Of a stretch of DNA of 64,000 bases, positions 12,625-28,919 are shown in pieces (position 1 is the stretch's first letter; each line of letters opens with the position of its first letter). Under the pieces are notes generated by a model. The model was not told the DNA's origin. It made no database searches and saw nothing but the letters and a program-made list of their open reading frames with translations. The position numbers and the translations under genes are program-made. The stretch comes from the human T2T-CHM13v2.0 reference genome, Homo sapiens: assembly GCF_009914755.1 (NCBI RefSeq), contig NC_060937.1; one strand, 5' to 3'.

Positions 12625-13662
12625 AGCAGCCTTGTGTTTTATTCCCTGATACAATGTATAAATGTGGAAATGCCTGGGAATTTCAGCCATCTAAGTCAGG
12701 CAGTTAGCTTTGTGATATGGACTCCCTCTTGTAACTTACTCTGTGTGGACATCTGTTCTGTTGATTGTGTACAGAGTTGAATTTCACAGAGGCTGACGCA
12801 GCAGTGATCATTCAGACATTTCTGAATGGACGGCAAAAGAAGGAGGAGGAGGAGAAAGTAAATACCAATGACTTACTTTGCAAAGTAAATTGACAGATCC
12901 TTTGTAGACCAAATCAGCAAGGTTGGGTTGTGTCCCTCTGGGCCTGGGTTTCCCACCTCTTGTAAAACCGGGAGAGGCAGAGAAGCTAAGACAGATGGTG
13001 GGTCTCCTGGGAGGCTCAGGGCCGAGCCGGCCTCAGAGGAAGTCTCTTCATCAGCACTCGGCAGCAGCAGCGTGGAGACTGTCCTCCACCCTTCCTGAAG
13101 CCACCAGCTTGGATGGCCCAGGCTTTCTTCCCATCACTCAGTTGTCAGAGCAACAGCTTCTGGAGGGAGCCAGCCCACGGCCCTGCCATTATGCTTCCCA
13201 GTGGCAGCTGGGGGATAGGGGGCAGTTAGGAGGAACAGAAACAGGTTGACATGGATCCAGGGAGCAGAGATGGCTCACAAGTGCAGATAGGGAGTGATCT
13301 TAAATCTACAAAATATGGATGAGAGACAGCATAGGCAACACTTTAGGCTTTGTGTTAAGCCTTTTAATTCAAGTCATCAAGTGTTTACAAGTGCTTTCTA
13401 ATTAGAGACGACATGGAATAATTTGAAGACAAAGAATTACGTAAAGAAGATAGTTTGCTACCCATATGTTGGTGAAAGAATAACTTTTCTGATCTAATTG
13501 GGCCAAACCAAACTAAACACCTAACACCAAAGACAGCAAGCAGTATTTGCATTATTATTTAGCAAATATTAAAGAGCTCTTGTGGCCAAACATTCTTAGT
13601 GGAAGGGGTAAAAGTCCTAGCATCTTTGTTTATATAAAGACATATGGAAGGATATTTTATAG

Positions 13663-13845
13663 TAGTGGTTCTCAAAGTGTGGTTCTCAGACCAACAGCAG
13701 CAGCAGCACCTGGGGACTTAGGAATACAAATTCTCAGGTTTTGCCCCAGAACTACTGAATCTGAAACTCTGAAGATGGGGCCTGGCACCCGTGTTTTAGC
13801 AAACCCTCAGGTGATTCCAATGCACTCTGAAGTTTGAGAACCACG
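13663..13845. mobile_element. MER5A (hAT-Charlie MITE)
   Basis: Terminal inverted repeats 'agtggttctcaaagt' and 'agtttgagaaccac' with a typical MER5A body. Confidence 0.85.
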
Positions 13846-14243
13846 ACGCTAATCGTATCTTCGCTGCAGTGTCAGATTTAACTAGGTTTAAAAGAGTCAG
13901 AGTAGATCTAAAAGAATGAATTTAAAATAGGGCTTGGAATATAAGAAATAAAGCTTGAAAAAATACAAAATCATAACTCCCAACTTCTATCCAGTGCAAG
14001 ACGCCCTGCATAAATCAGCAATGGAGACTATGAAAAGAGTCAGATAGGACAAAAGGGGAAGGGACTAGGTTCAATGGAACCCAGAGAGAGGCTTCCGGTG
14101 ATGTGCCACAGGGTTCTGCACTGTCAGGCCCACTAAACATCTCCATGATCACTGATAAGACTAAACAAATACTCACCAAATTTTAAAACTATGAATTTAA
14201 TTAAGTTGACAGCAATCCCACCTGTTTGATAGGTCTGAGAAAA

Positions 14244-14617
14244 TGTATTAGTCCATTTTCACACTGCTATAAAGAATACCTGAGACTGGGTAATTTGTAA
14301 ACAGAAGAGGTTTAATTGACACACGGTTCTACAAGGCTGGAGAGGCCTCAGGAAACTTACAATCATGGTGGAAGGTGAAGGGGAAGCAGGGCACTTCTTA
14401 CATGGTGGCAGGCGAGAGAGATAGCACACGCAGAGGAAACTGTCACTATTAAACCAGATCTCATGAGAACTCCCTCACAATCACAAGAACAGCATGGGGG
14501 AAACTGCCCCCATGATCCAATCACCCCCAACCACCTCCAACCAGGTCCGTCCCTTGACACATGGGGATTACAATTCCAGATGAGATTTGGGTGGGGACAC
14601 AGAGCCAAACCATATCA
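14244..14617 (-). mobile_element. THE1D/MSTA-type MaLR solo LTR
   Basis: Runs from 'tgtattagtccattttcacactgctataaagaatacctgagactggg' to 'gagccaaaccatatca', with TG...CA ends. Confidence 0.9.
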
Positions 14618-14709
14618 GAAGGTATCAACAGAATTGGAACTGCAGTTTAAAGCCAACAACGTGTCGTTTATTTGAGATAACATATTGTTGTCAGGATCAA
14701 GCAATCAAC

Positions 14710-14853
14710 AGCACCAATGCAAATGAATTAGGGTCTGTAAAGACAATATATTTAGTAAGCACCAATGCAAATGAATTAGAGTCTGTAAAGACAATGTGCT
14801 TAGTAAGCACCAATGCAAATGAATTGGGGTCTGTAAAGACAATGTGCTCAGTA
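14710..14853 (+). repeat. Tandem repeat, 3 x 48 bp
   Basis: Unit 'agcaccaatgcaaatgaattagggtctgtaaagacaat(a/g)t(a/g)(t/c)ttagta' starting at 14710, 14758 and 14806. Confidence 0.97.
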
Positions 14854-14945
14854 TAAAAGTCAACAATTTGATGTGACCACCAGAAACACTAAAGAGATGC
14901 TAGGCTCTCTTACAGAAGTGTTGTCTTTCAAGGTAGACAACCTTG

Positions 14946-15783
<838 letters not shown>

Positions 15784-16879
15784 GGGTAAGAGAAGAGAGT
15801 TCTCTTTCATTCTTCACTTGATCATACTGTGTTTGGTTCTGAGCACCACAATTTGGGAGATACATTTACCAAAAGAGGCATTAAGAGTTTTCTGAATGGT
15901 ACCAACAGGAAAAGTTAGGATTCCAGTTGTAAGATGCAAGGTGGCGAGTTTCAGCTTGAAATAAGGAAGCACTGTCTGGACAAAGAGGGAATGGACAGCC
16001 TCAGAAGATAGTGACTCCACCGTGGCTGAAGGTATTCAAGCAGAGACTGTGCAGCCATTTGTTAGGAATGTGAATATTGTCAAGAGAATTCAAGCCCTGA
16101 GGCAGGGTGGATTCAATGCTGTGTAAGATTCTTTGAACCCAGATTCTGAGGCTGGGTGATTTTGCGGCTGTTCTCAGCTCTCACTGGAGCCGAGGCAGAC
16201 AGGAAGAAAGAAGGCACACAAGGTTGTAAAAGTCTGAGCGTGCAATGATTAAACCCAGGCACGGATGTGGCTTTGGAGATGGAGAGGAAGGAATGCATTT
16301 TTAAAAAGGTTTTGGAGGCTTAAGTAATCGGTCTTTGGCAGCAGCTTGAATTTGGAGAGAGAGCATTTATTAGGTGCCTCCTAAGAGCACTGCCCAGGAG
16401 CCATGGGCAAAATAAATATAAGATGGACGATGATCCCCAGGGAGAAAGCAGAGCACACATGTAATCGTTAGGAAATAAGGTTCCAATCATGATTTTTAAA
16501 ATATGGATAAAAGGGTAGAAACAAAGGGATCAAAGAAGGCTAGATTCACCAGTTTTTGGTTTTGTTTTTGAAGAAGCAGGCTTTGAAAGATGGCCAAATC
16601 TAGTAAAGGGAAGAGCAAAAAGCACTTTGGAAAAAGGAGAAAGTGTGACATTAGCAGAGAGGTGCAGGAGGGGCATGAATATCTGGGGTTGAAGCATAAC
16701 ACATGCTGGTGAGGATTGTGTGGACAACAGTAGGGAAGGGTTTGTATCCTCATCGATAAGAGGCCCAGACTCAGATGCCAGGCTTGAAGCTAAAGTTGCA
16801 GGTCCAACCATGAGGAAGAGGTTGTGCAGGTGCAAAGCACACAACATGTGCTTGTTGTCACATTCAATTTGAAAGCAGC

Positions 16880-17860
16880 TGCAGTGTCCCAGAGAGGATC
16901 TTGGAGGCCTAGAGGTGGGGAAATGCTTCTTAAACAAAACCTCAAAAGTGCAAAGCATAAGGGAAAAGCTTAATGAATTTGAACACATCCCACTCAAAGG
17001 GTTCTATTCAAAGAAGAACAAGGTTATGAGACAGATGAAAGATTGGGAGAAGACACTTGCAATGTCAAAAATAACTAGGAAACAGTATCTAAAATATGCA
17101 AGAACCTTGCAAATCAACAAAAATGATGGAAACCCCCTCTGCTCAAAAAACAAAGGCTCAGAAGAGGCAATTTGCAGGAGAGGAAACCCCCCTGAATAAC
17201 AGGCATGTGAAGAGATGTTTAAACTCATTAGTAGAGAAATACAAATTAAATAGCAATGAGATATCACTTCTATTCACTCAACTGGCCAAAACCAGGAAAC
17301 TGGATAATGTCAAGTGGTGGTGGGGATGTAGGAATGTTGGAATTCTTGGGCCTTGCTGGGGGTTTGTAGACTGGTACAGCCAATTTGGAGAGCAATACTT
17401 CATCAAATTAAATGTACCTGTCTTCTATTTCCCAACAATACCACCCCTGGACATGAATCATAGAAAAAATCCTTCCACACACCCTAAGGGACCATGCACA
17501 AAGAGACTTGCTGCAGTTCTTTCTGTGGCAGTAGGTGTCATCCATGGAGGTGGAGGAGCACAAGTGAAAAAGGTACACTCTGAAATACTCTATCAGAGTT
17601 GGGAGGAACAGACGACATGTACACGCGGCAACATGAACGGAGCTTTGAAAGGATAGTGTTGAGTCAAGAAATGAGAAGTGATGAGCTAGAGGATGTTTGT
17701 GTGCCTTCAACGATATGTGCCTTTAAACACTTTGTTTTTGAGAGAACACATGCTGATAACTACAAACAGGGAACACATTAGAATAGTTGCCTGTGAGGGA
17801 CAGGAGAAAAGAAATGGGGAATGGAGGCCAATAAAATAAATGCCTGCCTGCACACATGAA
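16880..17860 (+). mobile_element. Degenerate L1M ORF2 3' end and 3'UTR
   Basis: Translated remnants 'DWEKTLA' and 'HVKRCLNSLV...QLAKTRKLDNVKWWWG' match the L1 ORF2 C-terminus, with frameshifts. Confidence 0.75.
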
Positions 17861-18619
17861 TGAATGAGATGGGGCTCTGAGGAGCCAATGATCCAGTGCA
17901 TCATGAACTGAAGAATGTGGTGAACCCAACCATGTGCTTCTAAGAACAAACTAAGCAGAACTCAAGTGCTATATCCATTGCCAAGGCAATTCTAGAACTG
18001 AGTGTTAAGTAGATGACTTATGAGCAGAAGTAAAGAAAGTGGTACCATGAAGAGTCTATTATGGGTTATAAACCTAAATATGACACAACATTTTGAATAA
18101 ATTGTATACAGCTACCAAACTAGCAGGTCAAGGAATTTCGTTAGACATAGGATTGCATTTTTTAGCAAAGCGTTGGCATGATCCCTGTGAAAAGGATGAC
18201 TACATGTGGGCAGAGTAAGTAGTACCAGATACACAGTAAAGGAACTAAGTCCAGTAAAGCTACCTAGCTTCTCTGTGCTTGAATATCTTTATCCATGAAT
18301 TTGAGCTTCCAGCTCTAGATAAACTGCTTTCATGATTCCTCTTCTCTTGGGTGTCCCCTAGCCTCAGGGGCATGTAGTGGAACATTCTGTGGTCCAGCCC
18401 ACAGGAAGCAAGGGCACCAGGGCTGGCTTCCTCACTAACTAGCTGTGGGACCTTGGGGAGTTCACTTAAGTTCTTTGGGCCTGAGTTTTCTCATCTCTAA
18501 AATTTAGGTGATTTAGACTGAAAGGTCTCTCAGCTTTATGATTTATGAAATATGAATAAAATAGTCTTAAACTTTTTATTAAGTCATGAACTATAAGCTC
18601 AGTTCAAAGAGCTTTTCTT

Positions 18620-19470
18620 GCTCCTGGACCATTTGAGAATAAGCAGCATAGCCGACCTGCTGCACCAGCCCCCTGAATATTTTCATGCATATTTCCTACA
18701 AACAAAGACTTGCATCTACATAGCCACGTGCCACCACCAACATAGGAAATTAATGTTGATGCATTAGAACCCTGGACCCCATTCAAGCCTCATCATTTGG
18801 CCCACTCTAGATAAAGGACCCGGTTCTGAATCACTTAGCAGGCTCTGTCTCCTTGGTCTCTTTCAGACTGGAAGTGTTCCTCAGTCTTCTCTTGTCTCTC
18901 AAGACCTCCACACTTTGAAGATGACAAGCTAGTTATTTAGTATAATGTCACTCATATTGGGTTTGTGTGACGTTCCCTTGTGATTGCATACAGGTTAGAC
19001 ATCTTCAGAAGAAATCTCACAAATGCAATGCTGTGTTCTCATTGCATCCTATCAGGCGGCAGGAAATTTTGATTTGTCCTATTACTAATAATGTTCACTT
19101 TAATCACCTCATTAGATTGGTGTCAGTCATGTTCTCTGGAAGATCACTCATTTCCTCTTTGTTATAATCATTATTTTATGAGGAAGTATTTTTAAACTAT
19201 AGCTACCAAGTTATAGTTTAAAAATGGCTTAACTACCAAATTATAGTGTCTAATATAATTGTGAGAAAATAAATATCTGTTGTTTAAGCCACTAAATCAG
19301 CAGTATGTTGTGAGAGCAGCCCAAGAAGATGAATACATTATTTATTGAAAACTGTGAGATCCCACAAATACCTCCAATTCTAATCCAACTGGAAACTCTA
19401 GTTTTCCTCCTTTCCCTGACAGTGAGAAGCTGGATTCCTATTAACCTTAATATATCCCTTCATTTGACCA
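18620..19470 (-). mobile_element. L1MC4/5-like 3'UTR fragment containing a short MLT1 end at ~19258-19337
   Basis: 'ccctgaatattttcatgcatatttcctacaaacaaagac' and 'cattgcatcctatcaggcggc...ttgtcctattact'; MLT1 end 'tgtgagaaaataaatatctgttgtttaagccac'. Confidence 0.6.
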
Positions 19471-21699
19471 ATCCCCTTGTAGGTGGCCAACCCCCATCCC
19501 CACAACCACGCACCCTGCACTCACACTGCCTGTGGGGACACCCACATCAGGCCCGCTTCCCTGGGGAGGTTCGTCCTCCTCTCCCTACTCTGATTCCCAC
19601 CCTGCCAAGGACAGCCGTCACAGTGCTTGGGCTCCAATAGCCCACCCCACACCAGGCCGGCCTCTGCCTACAAGCCCTCCTTCATTGACTTGTGTGCTCC
19701 TAAGCTCACAAAGGAACCTACAACTATAAATACCTTGAAAACTCATAAATATTTTAACTTTACTTCCTAATACTTCCTACTTTAAAAATACCAGCTCCTT
19801 CCACCTCCATGGCATCAGATGTTCAGAAATTCTCCTCCTCTGAAAGGACACATGAGGATGGGCAGGAAACCTGAACGAAGGCAGGCAGTCGGTCGTCTCT
19901 CCCCTATTCCCTCAAAACTGCAGCTCTGGGGCCCAGCAGCCTCCTGGAGGTCTCCATGTAGACGGTTCATGAGCGCCTTCACTGACATGACCAAGCTGAC
20001 CTTGGCCATCCTTGTCTCTGTGAGTGGCACCACCATCCACTCGATGACTCATTCCAAAAATCTGAAGTTATTCTTGATTCTCCTCTCTCCCGATAGCCCT
20101 TTCCACACGGTATATATTGACTTGACTTCTCAAACATCCTCCGAGCTTTCTCCTCTGTCCATCGCCAGGCTCCTCATGGGGCCTAAGCCACCGTCATCCT
20201 CCATCGAACAGCCATGTTCTCCCTGGCTCCTGGGTCCCGCCTGCCTCCCTGGGTGGCCATGTCATGGTTCGCAGCCATGCACCCCTTCATTCTTGCTGAA
20301 AGGACTGTCCCTCTCAGCCTCATCCACTTTGGCCTGGGCCTTGGGACTTGCTTTGGTTGCGGGTGGCAGGGCTCGTGGGCCCTGGTTCCACCTGTGTCAG
20401 GGGCTCCCCCTTCAGCCTGGTCCTGGGGAGAGAAGGCAGCTGGAGCACAGCAGGGCCCTTGGCTCTCCAGAAATGTGAGCAAGAACTCACATGTGAACCA
20501 TGGTAGGCTTTGGTAAACCTGGGGACGTATCTTCCCATGGCAAAGCTTATTAATAAGTCCCCTAAAATCTATTCCCCACAGTAGCCACTAGTTATGTTCA
20601 AAAAGTAAATTCTGCCATGTCTTTCCCTTGCTTTGCACCCACCGTGGCTGCTGCAGTTCTCTGAGTAAGAGGCCAGCCCTGATGGGAGCTCAGGACACCT
20701 TAGCCCTCCTGCCACATCCACCTCCAGCCCGACCCTCTCCTCCCGCCCCTTACTCTCCCCTGGCACTCCCAGGTCTCATTCTGGTCTGCCGTCCCGGCGC
20801 TGGCTCTTCCCTTTGCCTGGGTTGAGCTGCTGCCACCTCAACAGGATGGCTCACCTCATGATTTAGACCTTAGACGGAACAGCCCTGCTCCAGAGAGGTG
20901 ACCTGACCACCCGTCCCCACTGGGGCACCACCCAGGCACCACACCAGCCTCTGCATCACGTGCAGCGCACTTGTTCAAACCGCTGGTGATTTCACGTCTC
21001 TGCATATTTTACTTGTTTATCGTCTCCTCCTCTCACTCTGGGAGTGCAGGGAACCATCTGTCTGGGCACTCACAGATCTCCTTGGGCACAGAGGGGAGCC
21101 TGGCATGCACCCAGTGCTGAGTAGGTGATGTACGCATGGACAGTGTGCAGCCAGGGCCTTGAAAGCAGTAATGCTTTCCCTGGGTGAGATACAGAGACGG
21201 CCTTTGAAGGAAAGACAAGTAAGACGGAAGTCTGAAGACCAGATGGGAACAAGGAACACCAGCCTGTGCGAGGTGTGGAGGCATCGCAGGAAGACCCTCG
21301 GAGGAGCTGTCAGGAGAACAGATTCTGGTCCAGCTCTGAGATGTGACCTGGGTGCCCACTTCTCTGGGCCCCAGTTGTCCTCTTGAGAAGCCGTGGGATG
21401 TTCTTGAAAGGATCTCTAAAGCTCTGTCTGGTTTTGTGATGCTTGAGTGTTTTGCATGCACGGCAACCATCTTTGGAAACAGACCCAAGTCCAGGGTTTG
21501 GTGAGGAAGTGGCTGAAGGCCATTCACGGTCGGTTCACTCTTTCAGCAGAGAGAACAAAAGTGCAAGCCCCTGAAGAGATGTGGAAAGCGCTGAGAGGCC
21601 GGAATCGGTCTGTTTGCTCCTGGGGCGCCGAGGACCCTCCTTGGGGCTGCAGGCGGAAACTATCCCGGAAGCGAGAGGACCTGGGGCTAAGCTCACTCA

Positions 21700-21990
21700 C
21701 TTCCTGAGCCACCAGGATAAGTAGGCCACTTTTCTGAGCATCAATATTTTTATCTATAAAATAGATCTAACACTGCCAATTTACAGGGATTTTGCGGAGA
21801 TTAAATAAGAAAACATAACAAGAAGTGCTAACATGTATTGAGTGCTTAGTCTGAGCCAGGCACTGCACTGTTATTTACATGTCTTATTTAATTCTTATGA
21901 CAATCCCATAACATTGGGACTATTGTTATCTGTACTTCTAGATGAGGAAATGGAGGCATGGAGTGCGTAGGCAACTTGTCCAAGGCCCCT
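21700..21990. mobile_element. Two adjacent MIR fragments in opposite orientation
   Basis: 'tctgagcatcaatatttttatctataaaat' (+) and 'ctagatgaggaaatggaggc...aacttgtccaagg' (-). Confidence 0.6.
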
Positions 21991-22245
21991 CATTCAGTGA
22001 CCCATAATCTGCATGACTTCTGTCACTCATCCCACCTAAGTAGTAAATGCACCTGCTTCTCCATTCACATATGTAGCAAGTCCAGCAGTGCCTGGCACGG
22101 AATAGACACTCTATAAATCATGCATTTCCATCCTAATGTCCAGTTTTCAGCAGTGCATTAGCTTGGTCCTCTGGAGAATGTTTTTCTGCCTTCTGTAAAT
22201 TAATGCTGGTACCTAACTGCTTTGGAGAGTCACTTTGCCCTGAGC

Positions 22246-22287
22246 TGTGTGTGTGTGGTGTGAGTGTGTGTGTGTGTGTGTGTGTGT
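22246..22287 (+). repeat. Interrupted (TG)n microsatellite
   Basis: Read directly. Confidence 0.9.
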
Positions 22288-25047
22288 TGAACTTCTAGGG
22301 TTCTCTGCTTCCAGTCACTTCTCCCACCCCTAGGTATTGCACAAGGAGAGTGAAGTGTTTGCTTTGTAAATGCAGCTTGGAAAAGCACTGTAGATGGATA
22401 AAAGGTGCTGGCCGATGTGAGTCATTCTCATAGGCTTGGCAAGGATACTTCAGAGCAAAGGAGGCCCTGGGCAAAACAATAAAAACATCTTCTGAAGCTC
22501 ATAGAAGTGCATCTTGCTTGGGAGTCTGTGGGTTGCATTGTACAGAATGTTCCCGGAGTTCAGGAATTGGAAGGAACTGGTAACATAAAACAATTCTAAT
22601 TGTCTATTTTAAAAAGCAATGTTGGAAGAATCAAGGATGGGAATAATAAGCAAATAACTTAGCTGAAAGATTTTATTAGTTATTTCAAAAATGCATTCTC
22701 CAAAATTTTTCCTTTTTCAATTTTAAAGAAAGGTAAAACCTTTTCCCAAAAGAAAAAAAAAGTGTATTTTTTTTCTATTATTTCTTTTCCCAGATCTTTA
22801 CATGTAATTGATAGATTTGGGAGCTGGAAGAATTGTGGAAATCGCCCAGTTGAATCCCTTCCTATTACAGTGAGAAACCTGAGGCCTGGCAATATTAAGG
22901 TTTGGCCAAAGGCACACAGTGAGAGCAAAGAAATGCAGTCTCTAAATGTATTCCACCAGAGCCTTTCATGGTTTGAAGCATTTCAAAGCCCAAATTAGTG
23001 TAAACCCCAAAAATGCATGTCTGTTTTGCAAGCTGCCCACCCTCTGTGCTTGAATTCACCCAGCCTAGGATGCTTAGAAGCCCTCATGGGGCCTGTCAGT
23101 CTCTGAGGAGTGTTGGGTGTTCGTGAAAGTCCTCTTTTTATTGATCAGAATGTGATTGATCTTGTGTGGCTTCTACCTGTATCAATGCCACTTTATTCGC
23201 CTGCTGCTGGAACTTAGAGAACTGGAATCTAGTGTTTCTATGAGTCCTACCCTACGTGTGGACTAAAGGCCTAGCCTAGAAGAGGCAATGGGGAGCACAC
23301 CGATTTAACTCCAAGCTCACAGATAGGTGCCTGCACACTGCCCTATTGATCATGACCTCCAGAAACAATCTCATCTGAGCTTATCCCTAAGTTTTCACTC
23401 TGGATGACATTTTCCTAAGCCCAGCCAGAGGGTGCGACAGGAGGAGGATTCTCCCTGGCTCCCTGTCCCTGCTTTTCCAGGCAGCATTATCAGTCCCACA
23501 GCTCCTAATGGTGTTCCCAAAACAGGGCTGTGAAGATCTCTTCCTGCATGGCCACAAGCTATAAAGCTACCCAACCCATAAACCACAGCCAGCCAAAGGC
23601 CGACAGTGCACCCGAGAGCTTCTGTGCTGCACCAAAGCTCCAGAGCTGTTCACCAGGTCTTGACACTTCATGCTTTTGAGGCTAGATCAGAGCCCTATTA
23701 GAGGCTGGAGCCTTGCAGATCTTTTCCAGGCAGCAAAGCTGAGTAGCCAGAGTTGACAAAGGGGTGGCAGCCAGCTGCCAGGCACACAGAGAAGCAAAGC
23801 CAGGCGGAAGGCTGGGAATCATGAGGAGGAAAGAGGTTGTCACTAAAGAGACCTTATCTTGAATAAGTCAGTAACAGCTACCATTTATTAACTACTGGAT
23901 GCCAGTCTCTATGCTAAGCATTTTATATGTTATTTCATTAAATTGCAATAAATCTGCACTAGAACCTAATAAGAAGGCTATTGCCATTCTGCTTTACAGA
24001 GGAGAACCTGAGGCACAAGGAGGATGAATCACTCGTGAGGTCACTTCATTAGTAAGTGGCTGAGATAGAAGTCAAACCTAGATTTACTCCAAATGAAGAC
24101 TCCAACCGCTACTCCATTGGGCTACTTCCTGTGTAGATCCCCCTGAAGCTGAGAGAGGGGGCCTCTCTCTCCTCCCACTCCCCGGCACCAACATGGTTTG
24201 GGAGCTCCAAAGTGCCTTTAGCATTCAGTCACCTCTGAGTGTCAGATGCTGCTGCAGGCTGGGATTCCATTTATGGCAGCAAAACGCCAAGCCCAATGGA
24301 AGACCCAACTCATTCCTTCTCTCAACACTGAACTCTACCCAGAAGCCAGGTGGTCAGTCACTGGTCAGAAGGGACCATTTCCTTCAGTGGGGCAAGAGAT
24401 CTGATTGAGGACTCAGTCACCCATGGAACCTCTAGGCACTTTTAGGGCCTCCAAGCAAACCATGAGGCACTAAGAATTACGGCAGGGCTGCCCCAGTAGA
24501 AATCACACGGTGTTTTAGAGTCAGTCTCTGAACATGGATGATTGAAGACCAGGCCCAAAATGATGCCAACCCATCCAGGGCAGCCTCAATAGCTCACTTG
24601 CCTGGGAGCGAGACTCTGAATTCAGAAGTTAGCCAGTGAGCATGGCAGTTCTGTTACTGCCTGCTTAAAGACCTTTGTTGTCAACATAGCAGAGTTGGAA
24701 TGTGTTAGCCCAGCTCACATGAACTTTATGTAACCTACTTCATTAGCTTTATATGCTATCCAACTCACACACTCTCCCTTATCTCCTTCCACACTAATCT
24801 TTCACTCCTCAACACCTGCCAAGTTCTTCCATGATCTGGGTCTTGGCACATGCTGCTCCCCATTCCCCTACCCAGAATACACTTCTCCTGTTCTCTACCT
24901 CATGCACTCCTACATAGTCTTCAAGGCCCAGTTCAAATGTCCCTGCCCCTCCAGAATCTTCCCTGACCCCCAGAAGTTACTTCTTTTATGCATCACATAG
25001 TCGATTATTCAGACATCTGTTATACTAATTAACTTGTAGGAACTCTT

Positions 25048-25149
25048 TTTCTTTTCTTTTTTTTTTTTTTTACAGTGTAGCGGAGGAAGTTTATTTACGG
25101 ATGTGGGGAGAACATGGTAAAGGCCCCTGGGCTGGCCAGCAAGGGGGCA
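25048..25149 (-). pseudogene. Severely 5'-truncated retrocopy of a polyadenylated RNA 3' end (78 nt plus poly(A))
   Basis: Minus strand reads ...ccacatccgtaAATAAActtcctccgctacactgt followed by an A-tail; TSD AGGAACTCTT at 25038-25047 and 25150-25159. Confidence 0.85.
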
Positions 25150-25330
25150 AGGAACTCTTACAGCTTGTTAGGTATGTCTTCCCAACTAGGCCCTGAACTT
25201 CTCAAGGTTGCAGTTGCAACAGTGATGATAATGGCAACACTAACTAGCTGTAGCAGGTAGGGTGTATGGCTTGGCAGAACGTCTGTGTAATTATTAGCAA
25301 ACCACCACTGTGTTGATTGAATAGGTGTAA

Positions 25331-25823
<493 letters not shown>

Positions 25824-26618
25824 TAAAACTTTTAAAACTTTAAGTGAATAGAATCTAGAAATGCATACCAGTCTTCCAAAGAATCACTAATAGTTGTTAT
25901 ATATCAGTGTCCAAATCTTAATCATAAATGATGTGATCAGTGAGTGATTCTTGAACATTCATTGCTGAGGGTGGTCATAGCACTTCACACTCCACCATCC
26001 TTGGGAAGGCAGCAGAAGCATCATTGGTGCAGATGCAGGTATTGTAACTGCTATTCCATAGACAGATGGAAGTGGCATGCAGGAGAGGCAATAACCCTCC
26101 CACAGTCCTCACCACATGCCCCTCTCCTCCGCCTTGGGAGCTTTCCAAGCATGATAGTGGTTGGGCCTCACAATAACCTCTGAGAAAGCTGTTAGCATCA
26201 GGAAGTCAGAGAGGCCATCCGAATACACCCTTCTGACCTCCCCCCTCTTTACCTCAGGGCATAATGTGAAGTTTCTTCAACAGGACCCTCCCCATGAATG
26301 TTTGTAGGGCTCATGACTCAATCAATGAATGGATGGCAAATCCACTCATGTCATTGAGACATGAACACTTGGAAACTGAGGGAAATGTAGCTTCCTGTGA
26401 GAGTAGCAGGATGGTGATGTGGTGATGCCAGGATGAAGGGAATCATGGTGTCTAGAGGCTGGGCAATTTGACACTTCCCAGACCCTGAGGACATGGGGTC
26501 TCCGAAGCAGATGCCCAAGTAAATCTACTCCAATATGGGAAGATGAAAGTAAAAATTCTATTCATAATTATTTTGTTTAAGAATAAAAGCTTGAGTTACA
26601 TAAATATGTGATAAATAA

Positions 26619-26952
<334 letters not shown>

Positions 26953-27377
26953 GCATATTTGTAATTTAAAATAAACATACGTAGATGAGGGTACACCTGC
27001 CCCAACATTTTTCATCATAGAGAAGCATGGTCAGAATAGTTTGAAGACTACCAGCTAAGGTAGTGACAGCAAATCCAATTCACATCAGGGAGGTGGTAAG
27101 GCACAGGCCTGAGGAAGCCTCGATGCTCACGGACTGCCCTGCAGCAGGGTGGGATAAAAGTGTCACTCCAGAAAAGAAAGGAGGAAAAGTATCTCTCTGA
27201 GAACCCAAACTTCATAATCCAATTGTGAAACTAGTGTAGATTTTTAGTCAACAGAAATGTAATCCCTGTGTGCTGTAGGCATCTCTGACACCCAGAACTG
27301 ATAGTGGCCAAACACCGTTAATAATCACTGGGCACCATTTACGGAGGTAACCTCCACCTTTAGAACTGCCACACCTG

Positions 27378-27942
<565 letters not shown>

Positions 27943-28043
27943 TCAGGTTGCTCTGTTTGCAGACGCAACTTTGCAAGGACAAGCTGTGTCTTCACTCACA
28001 CTAGCTCGGCACAGGTTCTGAGCACCTTTTGCAATGGAAGTTA

Positions 28044-28585
<542 letters not shown>

Positions 28586-28919
28586 TTATTAATAAACGCT
28601 TTCCCTTTTGTGTTAGAGAAGAAATAGCTCCTTCTCAAAGAATATGAATTTCTCTGTTACATGAAAATAGATGATCAGTTCTAAAAATTCATAAACCTGG
28701 TGGTGAGTTTGTTTTGAGAGTTTAATGATTATTTTTTATTTCCTTTCCTATAGTTGTTCACCTTTTCCTTGTCTTCTGAGATGAAATTATATCCAACACA
28801 AATTGCTAACTTTCACCTAGTATTCACAGGGTTAGTAACTGGAAATGGCAGGAGTTTGGGTATAGGAAAGAAATGAGTAAAATAGAAGGGGAGGAAAATC
28901 TCAGCTTTTTAAAACTGTG

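Noticed and set aside
14710-14853. CRISPR-like or repeat-protein reading of the 48-bp array (ORF 14587-14856)
   Set aside because: The units are contiguous with no spacers, the context is eukaryotic with no cas genes, and the ORF starts inside an LTR.
19819-20478. 219-aa ORF
   Set aside because: No recognisable domain, overlaps L2-like sequence, and has the composition of chance GC-rich ORFs.
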